A stretch of DNA of 64,000 bases from Mobula birostris (GCF_030028105.1 NC_092377.1:72632569-72696568), one strand, 5' to 3'; shown: positions 25,385-38,305, counted from the stretch's first letter. Notes: generated by a model not told the origin, from the sequence alone. Program-made: numbers and translations.

Positions 25385-25529
25385 GCATCTCTTCCTAGAG
25401 ATGCTGCCTGGTCTGCTGCGTTCACCAGCAACTTTTATGTGTGTTGCTTAAAGTGGTTTAAACAGGTTGTCTTTTCAAACAATCTGTCCACCCCAACATT
25501 TCACTAAAAAGGTGACAGCTTTATGGAGA

Positions 25530-26432
25530 CACAAGACACAGAATCTGGAGCAACAAGCCATCGGTTGGAGGAACTCAGCAGGTCGAACAGCTCTGATCTA
25601 GTCAGGTCAGTTTAGATTATTGTCAGACACAGAAGGGAACAAAGAAATTCTTTGCTCATGTGAAGCTCTCAGAGTAAATCGTACAGATGGTAATAATAAA
25701 TTAACAATAAATACAACAACAGGTGCAAAAAACAAAGGAATGCACAGAGTAGTAGTGAGCTGAGGTAGTGCCAAACGAAATACTAAAGTGACAATGGCAG
25801 AAAAGATAGAATTAAGGACTTGAGAACAAAACAGCACCACTAGGAAGGCGATGTGCAAGAAGTGATTAGTTCAGAAGTCTGATAGCAATAGGGAAGAAAC
25901 TGTTCTCGAGTCTGGTCGTTTGGGCTTCCTGTATCTTCTCCTAGACGGTATGAGAGAAAATGAAATGGCTAGGGTGACAGGCATCTTTCAATGATACTGT
26001 CAGTCTTCCTGATGCAACACTCTGTGAAGATAGACTGAATAGGAGGATGTTCTAGGTAAATTTATTATCAAAGTACATTTATGCTACTATATACTACCTT
26101 GAGATTAACTGACTTGCATGTATTTACAGGAAAAATAATACAATAGAAAAACTGTGAATAATCTGACAAAAACTAACAGCTAATGCAAAAGAAAACAAGC
26201 TGTGCAAATAAAATGATACTGATTTGTAAAGAGACCTTGAAAATGAGTCTATAGTTTGTAGAATCAGCTCCGAGTCGTGGAAAAGGAATTGTCGATGCTA
26301 TGGGTTGAAGCAGGGCTCATCAGTGTTTTGTGTCGAAACTCAGCATCAGCACTGGTCAAGTTGACGATTCCTTTCCTCCCTACAGATGCTGCTTGACCCG
26401 TCGTGTTCCTCCACCAGATGGTTTGTTGCTAC
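25530..26432. repeat. Decayed palindromic Penelope-type mini-element split by Rex1-type LINE fragments (about 25605-26310, minus strand)
   Basis: gcaacaagccatcggttggaggaactcagcaggtcgaacagc (left) is inverted relative to gctgcttgacccgtcgtgttcctccaccagatggtttgttgct (right); the middle holds reversed Rex1-type tails. Confidence 0.55.
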
Positions 26433-27499
26433 AGCTTTGTGTACAATTAGTAATCAGTGGCCCCAATCATCTACTGAAACTTCCAGATTTGGCTAAAAGC
26501 TGACATGCCCGTGGATTCTCCGGGAACATTAATATTTTAAAAGGATGTGCACTGAATAAGAATTTCATAAAATTTACAATTTACTAAATACACCAACATT
26601 TGTCACTGGCTAAAGCCATGTGCATCACTGCTGATCTTCTAAACTTTCAGCAAAACAATGTTTAATCAACGGGCATTATTATGCTACACACATGTCAGAT
26701 TCATGCAAAAAAAACGGCCTTGCAACAAAATCAGTGTAATATAATTGAGGCATTAGTAAAATCTGTAAATGCCTCATCCATCAATATGTGGAAGTGGCTG
26801 GCTAAACTCAGACTGCTAACAGGTGTGCTGCAAGTTTGCAACTCACTGATTTGAACTGGAATTCTTGTAATTTGACCTCTTTCCCTACAATCCAGACACT
26901 GTAATTTTCCATCATTCTAGCCTTTTGCCTGAGGGATTACTAACTATGCCACTCAACATAATTTGCTTTAATGTAGTCTTGCAGCTCCTCTAACAGATTC
27001 TGTTTGCAATGGCCTTGGGTTTTTAGTCTAAATTAGTCTGAAAATGCAAAAATCTACATTCCTAGAAATTAGATCTATTTTACTCCTGTTTTCTATGCAC
27101 AAAACGGATATAAAAGCCAGTTTGCACATCTTCGCATGGTCACCACCACACGTCAGGAAATGTTTCTGTGCACGTTTCACCATGGTGCGGCTCATGTTGA
27201 TCCACAGGCATTCACACGCATGATGACATCGTCAACCTGTACGGCAGTCACCTCCGTTTTACCAGCAGAAACTGGGGCAATAGCGTCAACTCCCAGTAAA
27301 ACAAAGAGAAAATCCCATAATTTACTCAGGAATTCCCAGATGGGATGTGGATCTGTTGTTGACTCCATTAACCAGTATCACTTTTCAATGTCTGTTCTGC
27401 TTCTCTTACATCATAGAGACAGGATCTTCATCCCATCAAATTGGCACTAACCATCAATTATCATTTACGTTCACACTATTTTACTCTTCCTACGCTCTC

Positions 27500-27635
27500 A
27501 TGAACCCTCTCCCATTAGATTACTGTGGCCAAATTAAGCTACTAGCCAACATATACTTAGTATGTGGGGAGAATCCAGAGCACCTAGAGGAAACCCAGGC
27601 CTTCAAAGTGACACCATGCAAACTCCATATAGGAA
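27500..27635 (-). mobile_element. V-SINE fragment
   Basis: tgtggggagaatccagagcacctagaggaaacccagg...tgcaaactcca is a reversed V-domain. Confidence 0.7.
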
Positions 27636-28849
27636 ATAGTTGTATACTTGCTAGTGTTCTCATCTGACTAATGAGCTCATTCCATGCAGAACTGCAGGAC
27701 CACTCACCACCTGGATCTCACTCTGTGAGGACAACTGAGGAAGAAGGCTATCCATTGAAGATCTGCGCCCTCCTTCCCTACATCTACACTCACTTTCAGA
27801 GTAGCCTTTACTGTCTCTGCACCTTAGCGGCCATGGAATGAGTTATTTGAGGAAGTGGCCTGCTTACCACAACCTCCAGAGCAAGGTGACCCATTTACAG
27901 TTAGCAGCACACTAAATAGGTGAAAAACCTACTTTCCAGGTTACAGTCTCCTCATACAAGACAAGAAAGTTAATCAGGGGTTGAATCATTCTGGCAGCAA
28001 TTGAATATTACACTCAGAAAATAAGACTGGATTTCTAGAAGAGCATCTTCATCACATTTGTTCTCCTTGTCAGACTTTTATCGGAATATTAAGTCTCCTA
28101 TTCCTTCAGCTAGAAAGCAAGACGTCAACCTTAGATTGATCACTTCTAAAGTTCAGCAACATATGAATCTTGTTTTCAACTCCACCCTCCAATATGTTTT
28201 GGAGGTAGCACCGGTCTCAGCTCTCATGTTAATGACAGGGCAATACATCTGCTAAACTGCAGTCCGGATGTGAATCTGCATCAACAAGTGCTCACTAACC
28301 ATTACTCTCGTCCCACAATTGCTCCTGGAGAAACAAAGGTTAAGGCCACAGGCCAGGCATTAATACTTTCCACCCTTTTTAAGAGCTTATTAAAGAGCAG
28401 TTAACTGGATTCATGGAAAGTTGCTCAGCCTTGGCTTCAATCTGCCATCACATTAAGGGTGCCTTAATCTAGGCATTGCAAAAACCTGGCAATGATCCAA
28501 TGTGAAACAAGGCAGCAACCGTAAATGATGCCTGTTAATTGTTCCAGGATTATGTACCACATCAGGCATTTTAGCAGCCCTCAGTGTGGTAAGCAGGTTG
28601 ATAGGTAGTGAGAGGCCAAAAGAACTGGAAAGCTGAAAACCAGGGAAATCACGCCAAGCTTCAGGTGTAGAACTAGCTACTTCCTGAGCTTGTCTCTACA
28701 ACACGGGCAAATTACCACCTCCTGAGAAATACTTCCCAAGGGGGCCAATTCCACATGAACAGAACTTCACGGTTGTGCTATGAGAATCAACTGTATGGCA
28801 CCCGGAAACATGAATACAAGATATTGAGGAGGCTACTTTGGGGCCCTGC

Positions 28850-29215
28850 ACCTCTCCTACCAGGTGCACTCTGAGTTTCTTTCTACGTGCTTCATATTTC
28901 CTTTCACAGTCCAAAAAGTTAATTGTTCACTGTAAATCGCACCCCGCCCACACCCCTGGGTTTAGGTGTGTAGTAGAATCTGCTGCAGGCGGAATGGTGT
29001 ACTGTGCTACTTTTTCTTGTGCTGGTTGAAATGATGAGCGAATGCTGAGATATTGAATGTAGAACATGAGATCTAGAACATTACAGAACAGGACAAGTTC
29101 TTAAGCCCATAATGTTGTGCCGACCTTTTAAAAGACTAAGGTCATTCTAATCTTTTCCTCTTTTATAATTCCCCATTTTTCCATCATCCATATGCCTATC
29201 TAAGAGTTTCTTTGA
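28850..29215. mobile_element. Degenerate V-SINE (+) followed by a CR1 3' tail (-)
   Basis: tttcctttcacagtccaaaaagttaattg, then agaacattacagaacagg...cccataatgttgtgccgacc. Confidence 0.5.
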
Positions 29216-29244
29216 ACACATATAGTACTTACTGAAAATACATG

Positions 29245-30077
29245 TGTAGCCCTCTCACCGGGCTCTTACACAAACTCGGCTCGTTAGTTCTCTCTGCTAA
29301 CAGCCACAGACTCCAGCAGTGAGAGGCCCACTTTCATAAGCAATATACGTCAAGGGTCGGTCTGATTTGCGGTTCAACCAAACAGGAACGTCGTGATGTT
29401 CCATTTAAAGGAATCTTGGTTTGAGCAAGTGCTGAATAAGTACTGCCCATACACAGTTATCAGCTGGCAAATAACAGATTGTACACAACACATAAAATTA
29501 TAAAGAAAGTATATTTACCAATTTCATCTTTATCAAACAGTTAATAGGAAAAAGAAAAGGGCCTATTACAGTTAAACCAGTCCAATATGCACATAACCAA
29601 TGGAACTCATACTGGAGTATCCAGGAGTGTATCTCTTACTCATACGCTGGACCCATGGTCTGCGAGAAGGCACCTGCCATATTCCAAACATTGCTCAGAG
29701 TCTATCTCGAATGAACTGGCTCTCTCCGAGGTATTGGCCCTTCCTCCTTGGAGCCATTCATCTGCACAAAGCACTTCTTGCAATGGGGACTCTCCTTCCA
29801 ATGGCTTTCTGCGACACTTCCCATTCTGTCCCGCTTTGCGACTCCTGCCAAAAAGACCCCTGTCCTTCAGAAAACACTTTCCCACAGCTCTTTTGAACTT
29901 TCTCTCACATCCCACAATCCTGATTGGCTTACTCACCTTCCTAAACTTGACAACATTGGTCCTTCCCTCAGCTGAAGCCAAAACACACATTCTAGCATGG
30001 CACACTGCTGTTACACAAAACTGCCAATATAAACTACCGCCCAGCATAGCAGTGGAAATCTCAACTGGGGCAGTATA
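29245..30077. mobile_element. Putative solo LTR (about 830 bp)
   Basis: Starts TGTAGC and ends ...GTATA (possibly a mutated TACA); flanked by CATG on both sides (29241-29244 / 30078-30081); no coding similarity recognised. Confidence 0.4.
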
Positions 30078-30264
30078 CATGATCATGCCAATTCACTAAT
30101 GTAAAAGTTAACCTAATATATTTAATGTACCTAATTTGCCTGTCCTGGATTCAGAGAACTAGCTGCGTACAAATTGATTGTCTTACTCAGTCACATGGCC
30201 TAAAGCCATTTGCAGAAAATGATAAAAGTTTGACTGGTGGTTGGGGGAAAAAAAAAAGAGTAGC

Positions 30265-30560
30265 TTATTTGTGCATAGTAAGATCCCACAAAGACGTGGA
30301 TATTTAAACTGAGTGATGACTCATCTAAAACAAGCATAAGTTAGGAAATTGAGTAATTTACCAAGTTTTTGCCAACATTTATAGGATCTTCAAGGTGTAT
30401 AAAGAACCTGAGTTAACATCCCATTTGAAAGGCAGTAGCTCTTAGTGTATAGCAGACTCTCTTTATGAAATTGCAAGTGACAGCCCGGATTATAATTTCA
30501 GAGCTTTGCAGTGATTCTTGAACCACAGCATCCCGAGTCAGATGCTGAATTATCACTTAC
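30265..30560 (-). mobile_element. DeuSINE-like relic
   Basis: gtgcatagtaagatcccacaaa...gagttaacatcccatttgaaaggcag...cttgaaccacagc. Confidence 0.5.
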
Positions 30561-31142
30561 TGAAGCAAGTCAGGCAGAATAAGGAGGCAAACAGCAAGGA
30601 TAACAAGGCTTCTGCACCTAGACTCAAATTAATATTTACTGCTGAAGAAGAAAGATTTACACATGACCTAGCTGCTGCTACAATTGACATTAAACTGCTT
30701 CTTCCAGGATCTAAAACTGGTTAACATGATTCATTCCCTTTTCACTGACATCTAGAAAGTGAAGGAAACAGTGCTAAAAAACCAACATCAATACATGTTC
30801 ATTTAACTTTTTTTTTTACACACGTTATCTCTGAAATACAAATTAGATGGATTACTGCACCACCACAGTATCAAATTCAGGGGTGCAATTTTCTTGTGTG
30901 CATTTGTCTTTAAATTATCAATGTATTTTGCAACATTTATTGGGGAAATTTAGTTGAGACTTAGAGTGCTGCTTTGCAATTCTCATCTAGAGAGTTGACC
31001 TTGGTGTTGTGCCAAATGCCTGAAATAGAAGCAGTAGCAAGAAATTGTAACTAAATATTGTTTTAATGAAATAACCATCACATGAAATTTCACAGGCATA
31101 TTAGCATACAACTTTTTCACTAAGCTATATTAGGAGATTTAA

Positions 31143-31447
31143 GGGCATCCGTTAGTCTTGCGAGACCATGGATCTGCGCCTGGAAAGCCTTCACTCTCCG
31201 GGGCGTGGGCCTGGGCAAGGTTGTATGGAAGACCGGCAGTTGCCCATGCTGCAAGTCTCCCCTCTCCACGACACCGATGTTGTCCAAGGGAAGGGCAAGG
31301 GCCGATACAGCTTGGCACCAGTGTCGTCGCAGAGCACTGTGTGGTTAAGTGCCTTGCTCAAGGACACAACATACTGCCTCGGCTGGAGCTCGAACTCACA
31401 ACCTTCAGATCGCTAGTCGAATGCCTTAACCACTTGGCCATGTGCCC
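31143..31447 (-). mobile_element. tRNA-derived SINE (CORE-like centre, RTE-like tail)
   Basis: Minus-strand A box TGGCCAAGTGG, B box GTTCGAGC, centre tgtgtccttgagcaaggcacttaac; near-identical inverted copy at 35023-35339. Confidence 0.9.
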
Positions 31448-31589
31448 GCATGATGTAAGGGGACAGATTAATAAAAGAGTCTTAAAGCAGGGAGAAAGGC
31501 ACAGATGCTTAGTGGTGTGATTTTGACACTGAAAGGAAGTAAGTGCTTTTTCTAATCAGTAACCACCTGTATAAATACACTATATAAAA

Positions 31590-32170
31590 TGATATATATT
31601 ATATCTCAAGCTTCAAAATGTCCTGGGGTGATTCACATATAAATTATCAAAAAAATTTGAAACTGGGCCATAGAAGGAGAATTTGAACCCATCATCAAAA
31701 GATTGAAGGAAGAAGGTTGCAATAATTTTGAAAGAGTAAACGAAGGTTTGGAGATGAAGTCCATGGCTTATGGCGAGATGATTAAATTCAGGAATGTTCG
31801 TGTCCAGAATTGGAGGGGCGCAGCTACCTCAAATGATTATAGCACTTAAGGAGATTACAAAGAGAAAAGGAGCAAGCATGGAGGGATTTAAAAACAAGCA
31901 TTGGGATTTTAAAGTCAATACTTTGCCTTATTAGGAGAGAATGTCAATGTGCACAAGGGTGAAGCGTGAACAGAACTTGGTGTGGGTCAAGAGATAAGCA
32001 TTAACATTTAGGTGGATGTCAAGCCAATAGAGGAAGCTGGAGGGAAACAAAAATTGTGTTAGAGATGTTAAATTGGGGGATAGCAAAGACATCAGTGAGA
32101 TTTTCAGAAGCAGATGTGTTGAAGCGGTGGTTTACCATCTGGTATTTCTGAAACAGAAATAAAGCAGTCT
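31590..32170 (-). mobile_element. Ancient L2-like LINE 3' end
   Basis: aaaatgtcctggggtgattcaca...aaaatttgaaactgggccatagaaggaga; same family as 3470-3780. Confidence 0.4.
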
Positions 32171-34249
32171 TGGCTAGTCATAAACTTACAAACTAAAACT
32201 TGAACAGGGATCAAAAATAATACCAAGGCTGTAAACACTGCAAGTTATTCCAATTATACTTAATTCCCTTTCACCTTTTATACAGTAGAAATTGTTCTCA
32301 AATTGACAAAAACAGATGCATTTTATAATAAAAGGTACATTTATACAAAAGTTATAACAAGCTATCACAAAGTAATAAAGAGAATGCAAGTATAATGAAG
32401 TTTGTGAACATTTGGATTATACTACAGCTATACTCTATGTTTGTTTTGACAAACATTTTTTCCATTATTAATTCTTATTCTCAACTCAGCAATCCAGATG
32501 GATTTATTTGCCACTTCCATAGAGAGCTGAACCATGTCTTTATCTCCAATTTTTTTTTGATCTGCCAGTGACTTCTTCTAGTATGTTCATTCTTATTTGT
32601 GTACATGTTTTGTAAGACATGACATAGAGAAAATATTTACCTAACATTATTGATGGATTAAACATTGATTGAAGGGGAAACAGCAGCAACACTATTTTAC
32701 CCACTTGCAGCTAATTCTTTTCATTACCAGAAATGAGTGGCATCAATTTCATGGCAGTAGTGCAGTGGACAAGTGATACTGAGAATTTTTTGGAAAAGAA
32801 GCAAAGCACAGAAGAAATGTCAACAAGTTTGAACTTCAAGGTTAAACTTGATAAGCTGAAGACAAGAGGAACACAGGGGCATTATTATAATCCTATTCTC
32901 TTTGCTTTAACCACGGCTTTGTCAATGCCATCCATGTCCTCTGTCTCACAAAGCTAATAAAGGCAAATAAGAATACACCCTCTTGTGGCTTATTCTGAAA
33001 ACTGTTAGAGTAGTGGGCTGCCAGAACCAATTAGCTTGGTTGAAGGGTTAATAAATAATAAAATGAGAAAGAAGTTAGAATGGACTATGTGCATATTATT
33101 GCTTTTTGCCTCTAATTCTCAGACAAAGGGAATACTTGTTTCAAACAGTGGCTACGTCACGGGCAAGGAACCTGATCGAAGAACAGTCAATTCGTAGGAT
33201 TAGAGAACGGAGTGTGACTGGCAGAATCTCGTGCTGAAAGCCTTGCTTATTAAAGAATGCTACTACATGTGGCCTGTCAATGATAGCTCTGACATGGACT
33301 CTACTTCTGAAGGATAGGGTATAATGGAGTAACTGTACTGCCCTCTGGACAGTGGTATAGGGGGAGGGTGGCTCTAATTTGTCAAAGTTGTATCTTATTC
33401 CACAGAACAAAGTTGGTAAAGGAGAACTCAGCGAATCATGAAATAATTGTTCATTCAGCAGCACCTTGATTTAATGATATGGGGAATCTTAAACACTGCT
33501 CCAACGCCAGTGTAACCTGAGAAACCACAATCAGTTTGCTGATAAATATTTCTGCCCTGGAGACATGAGTGCGGCATGTTCCCTTTAACAGGATAATTCC
33601 CCTCCTCTATATCAAAAGATAGCATCAGCATCTTTCAGTATCCTCCATACAAGCTATCCCAAGAGAAATGAAAGAATGCTTTAGTTGCCCTGTTTATTCC
33701 TCTAGAAAACCTCATCACTTTCTCATAACACAAAAGGAGTCATTTCAGGCATTAACAGACTGTCTCTTAAAAGTGAAAGAAATCTGAAGAAATAGATTTT
33801 TACCATTTACCAAAGTTCACAATCAAATTCTAAAAAGTTATGAGGCCTGTAAACAGCAATACAACAGTCCTGTTACAGAGGTAGATGACTTATATGCTAG
33901 CATTGTGAGACAAGTTAGCAGTCAGAAAATTTATTATCAGTATAACAGTGTAAGCTACTGAACAGGTTGAAGGAATGCCGAATTGCCACTTGATGACAAA
34001 ATGTGTCCTTTTTCATTAGTTACCAGGTGCAGCAGCAGATTTGGAACTTTGTAGTGCACTGTGTTCAAACCTTGAAACTAGTCATAAACCTAATGAAAGA
34101 TCTTTGGCAATATTTGCCAAATTAATGATGCCATGCAGCCTTGTGCTCGTTTGATGAAGAAAGGAATGGAAAAATTACCTAATTTTATTTTGTGATTATA
34201 AGCTGCCTTTGAACTTTGATCCAGCAAGTTGCTACAGGAGGTCATTTTC

Positions 34250-35362
34250 AGCACTTATATAAGAGTGAGATTGGAAATCTGGCTGGGTGGTGCCATAACA
34301 ACAACCTCTTACTCAATGTCAGCAAGGCCAAGGAGCTGAGGAAACCAGAGGTCCATGAGTCGGTCCTCATTGGAGGATCAGAGTTGGAGAGGGTTAGCAA
34401 CTTTAAATTCCTTGGTATTATCATTTCAAAGGGCTCAGCACATGCATGCAATTATGAAGAGAGCACAGCGGCATCTCTACTTCCTTAGGAGTTTGCCAAC
34501 ATTTGGCATGGCATATAAAACTTCGACAAACTTCTATAGATGTGTGATAGAGAGTATATTGGCTGGCTGCATCACAGTCATGAATGGAAACACCAATGCC
34601 CTTGAATGGAAAATCCTACAAAAAGTAGTGGATATGGCCCAGTCCATCATGGGTAAAGCCATTCCCACCCTTGATCACATCAACAGGAAACACTGTCACA
34701 GGAAAGCAGCATCCATCATCAGGGACCCCACCTAGGTCATGCTCTCTTCTCACTGCTGTCATCAAGGTGGTGGTACATGAGCCTCTGGACTCACACCACC
34801 AGGTTCAGGAACAATTACTACTTCTTAACCATCAGGCTTTTGAACCAAAGGGGATAACTTCACTCAACTTCACTTCCCCCATCATTGAAATGCTTCCACA
34901 ACCTATGTAAGCATGTGGCAGTCTTTCATTGATTCTATTATGGATTTATTGAGTATGCCCACAAGGAAATGAATCTCAGGGTTGTATATGGTGACAATAA
35001 TGTACTTTGATAATAAACTTACGTGGGCACGTGGCCAAGTGGTTAAGGCATTGGACTAGTGACCTGAAGGTTGTGAGTTCGAGCACCAGCCGAGGCAACG
35101 TGTTGTGTCCTTGAGCAAGGTACTTAATCACACATTGCTCTGCGACGACACTGGTGCCAAGCTGTATGGGTCCTAATGCCCTTCCCTTGGACAATATTGG
35201 AGAGGGGAGACTTGCAGCATGGGCAACTGCTGGTCTTCCATACAACCTTGCCCAAGCCTGCGCTCTGGAGAGTGAAGACTTTCCAGGCACAGATCCATGG
35301 TCTCGCAAGACTAACGGATGCCTTTATTTATTATTTATTTAAACTTACTTGGAACTTTGAAT
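34250..35362 (+). mobile_element. Rex1/Babar-type LINE 3' fragment containing a SINE insertion
   Basis: WCHNNNLLLNVSKAKEL, FKFLG, AQRHLYFLRSL, NFYRCVIESIL; tail gtactttgataataaacttac|ttggaactttga. Confidence 0.88.
35023..35339 (+). mobile_element. tRNA-derived SINE, full length, (TTTA)n tail
   Basis: A box TGGCCAAGTGG, B box GTTCGAGC, perfect TSD taaacttac (35014-35022 / 35340-35348). Confidence 0.92.
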
Positions 35363-35864
35363 CAAGAGGCTTCTTGATGGCAAGAAAAATAACACTCATT
35401 GAGCAAGTCACAGAGTATTCATAAAAACTATTTGCAAATATTAATTGTTAATTCTTATCAAATGATTGAAAAACTACTTAATTGCTATAAGTATTTTAAA
35501 ATTTAATGCACTTAGTTGTGAAGTATAAAGTAGTTTCGCGTTTGCAAAAATCCTGAATTAACCTGCATGTATCTATTCACATCATTGCTAATAACTGATG
35601 TAGTCAGTCTTCAGTTCACAGGTTACCTACCAAATGAGTTTAGAAACAAATGCAGATTGACTGAATCCTAAAATCAGAGCATTGATATACTGACATCTTT
35701 GCTATGATGTTCTTGTGCATTTTAATGAGGTATAGAGCAGCTCATGCATCAAGTTAAAATTAACACTGAAAGCATAGCATTTTTAATTCTCAGTTGTACT
35801 GATAATCAGTTAAAGGTTAAAAGTTACACAGGATAGAACTTTGAACTCACTTCATTAAATACAC

Positions 35865-36560
35865 TCCACAGGGGTCCATGTTTGGTCTGCTCTTTTTCAT
35901 GTTATATGTCAATGATTTAGATGACAGAATTGATGGTTTTATGGCCAAGTTTGCAGATGATACTAAGGTAGGTGGAGGGACAAGAAGTGCTAGGGAAGCA
36001 GGGAGTCTACAGAAGGGCTGAGGCAGATCAGGAGAATGGGCAAAGAAGTGGCAGATGGAATATAGGGTAAGGAAGTGTATGGTCATGCACTTTGGTAGAA
36101 GGAATAAAGGTTTTGTCTATTTTCTAAACGGGAAGAAAATTCAGAAATCAGAGGTGAACAGGGGCTTGGGAGTCCTCGCACAGGTTTTCCTGAAGGTTAA
36201 CTTGCTGATTGAATTAGTGGTAAGGAAGGCAAAATTAAGTTAGCACTCATTTCAAAAGGTCGACAAAATAAAAGCAAGGATGAGGACAAGAATAAAAAAG
36301 CAAGGATGAAATGCTGAAAGCCATTGATCAAGCTGTACTTGAAGTATTGTGAGCAATTTTCTGAAAAAAGATGTGCTGGCATTGCAGAGGGTCCAGAAAA
36401 GGTTCACAAGAAAGATTTCAGGAATGAAAGGGTTAGCATATGAGTAGTGTGTGATGGCTCTGGGCCTGTACTCACTGAAGCTCTGGAGAATGGGGAGGGG
36501 TAGTATCTCATTGCAATCTTTCAAATTTTGAAAGGCCTAGACAAAGTAGATGGAGAAAGG
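35865..36560 (+). mobile_element. CR1 RT fragment
   Basis: ccacaggggtcc, YVNDLDD, KFADDTKVGG, KCMVMHFGRRN. Confidence 0.85.
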
Positions 36561-37928
36561 ATAAACAGTTGCTGCTTCAGGCTGCGACCCTTTTTTTAAA
36601 ATTAGAGGGGGAATATAACAATGATCATTTATTGATGGCTTCATATCACTGTAATTGGACATGATTATAGCAGATGAAAAAAAAATCACTTATTAGTAAT
36701 GTGACCAGAGGAAGGCTTTGAAAAGAATTCATTTTTATTGTTCTTTATTCCAGTTTGGAAGTTATGAATCATCATTCTCACACACTGATATTTTTTATTG
36801 GCACATTTCCTACTCTCTCTATTCAGACAATAGTTGGACTAAGTCAGTGGTGCTCGTGATGTTGGGTCACAAAACTGTGAGTTCATTGTCACCTCTGAAG
36901 GACTTCCATACTTTATTCCAGACTTTCTTTATAAAAAGGCAATGAGGGAGTCTAAGTTTTCCAGCACTACTGTCCGTTGAGATGAAAATTAAAGTTAAAA
37001 TTGTCTTAACACCACAGTAAAAAATTAAAGTTTTTCCATAGTTATACAATTTTGATTAATGATTCTTTCTCTCTGTTTCTTCAATCACAGTTGATGTCAC
37101 TCTACTTTTATCTTCCTTTCTGACTGCTCTGAGTGCCTTGTGGCCAGGAAATGTAGGTTGCCAGTTCTGCTCCACTTAAAGACCTGTTTTAGCACAGCTA
37201 ATATATTAACGTTCTTTTCTAACATTGCCATCTGCTTTGTTCCCTAAACTGCATTTACTGCATATACATTGTTAAGTGCAACTGGGCTCCTCTTTTCTCA
37301 TCTATCTTAAATCTTTCTTCTGCTTTTAACTTCCACTTTTTTCAAATGTCATTAGAAGAGTAACATGCAGAATAAATGCACCCTCTCCTCTTTCTGAGAT
37401 GCTTTTCATATCCAATAATAAAGGGTTTCAGAGTGAAGTAGCTAGTTGGATGTTTTGAAGTGGAATGGGCAACGTGAAAGACTGTCAACACACTAGTTAA
37501 GGTGAAGTGTGAACAGGTTGAGGAAGCAGGGTGGTGAGGAGGAACCACACAGAACGCCGACGTGGGTGGCGATGGAAGAGCAGAAGCAGCAGCACGGTCC
37601 AGCACAGACCTAACCAAGTGGTGTGGACTTGGCAAGGTCAATTACAGTGGCTTCGACCAACTCAGTGCAGACCAGGCAGGGAGGAACTTAAACGGACCTG
37701 GAAAACACAAGCACAGGATAGAATGCAAGATGACCTAGAAGTGGGCAATTATCTGTATCATAATAAATACATACACAGATTCTGGAAACATAAATGTTTA
37801 AATACTCATTCAACAAGAAGGTATTTGTAAGTGATTTGTTAAATGCAATGGTTATTTTAAGCCAATGAGGCTTATAAATATCACTTTAGTAATTATTGCC
37901 CAAGCCTGATGGACAGATTTTGCTACAA

Positions 37929-38305
37929 AGTCTTGATGAAGGGTCTCCGTGAGAAGCGTTGACTGTTTATTCCTCTCCGTAGATGCTACCTGACCTGCTG
38001 AGATCTGCTGTGTATTTAAAATTTCAGTAATGTTTGACTAATATTGTAAACATAGTGTTTTATTAAGCATTTTTTGTTCATTTACACAATTCATTATGGG
38101 TTATATATAAGATGCATGTAAATGGCATATGCCACTTGGCCACCATGTCACATGTGTGCTCCTCTCTAAGAAAATGAAACTAAGTAGACACGTTATCCCC
38201 CGGCTGCCGTGTTTTTCTTTTGCTTTATTTTATGCTTCAGTGTTACAAAGCATCACAAGTTCCTCCAACATTTTCTGTGTTTTACAGCAGATTTCCAGCA
38301 TCTGG
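37929..38305 (+). repeat. Decayed Penelope terminal repeat (hammerhead remnant) interrupted by a solo LTR
   Basis: agtc-UUGAUGA-agggtctc...gaag-cgtt-gact, gatgctacctgacctgctg; resumes at agttcctccaacatttt...gatttccagcatctg. Confidence 0.75.
38006..38257. mobile_element. Solo LTR (252 bp)
   Basis: TG...CA termini; 5-bp TSD agatc (38001-38005) / agttc (38258-38262); removing it restores the host repeat. Confidence 0.75.

Larger units (their letters stand above)
24046..25447 (+). mobile_element. Young 5'-truncated Penelope-like element (Neptune-type)
   Basis: RT thumb, Cys-rich linker and GIY-YIG frame; pyrimidine-rich 3' region; terminal repeat with hammerhead; perfect 12-bp TSD ttaaagtggttt (24034-24045 / 25448-25459). 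Confidence 0.93.

Noticed and set aside
29587-30099. Overlapping 170-aa and 148-aa ORFs
   Set aside because: No recognisable motifs or splice support; they lie in a probable solo LTR
33140-33464. 107-aa minus ORF and a protein-like plus frame
   Set aside because: Non-ATG start, no motifs and no paired splice sites
37420-37740. Possible RTE C-terminal remnant (ELKRTWKTQAQDR)
   Set aside because: Similarity too weak to call without an alignment
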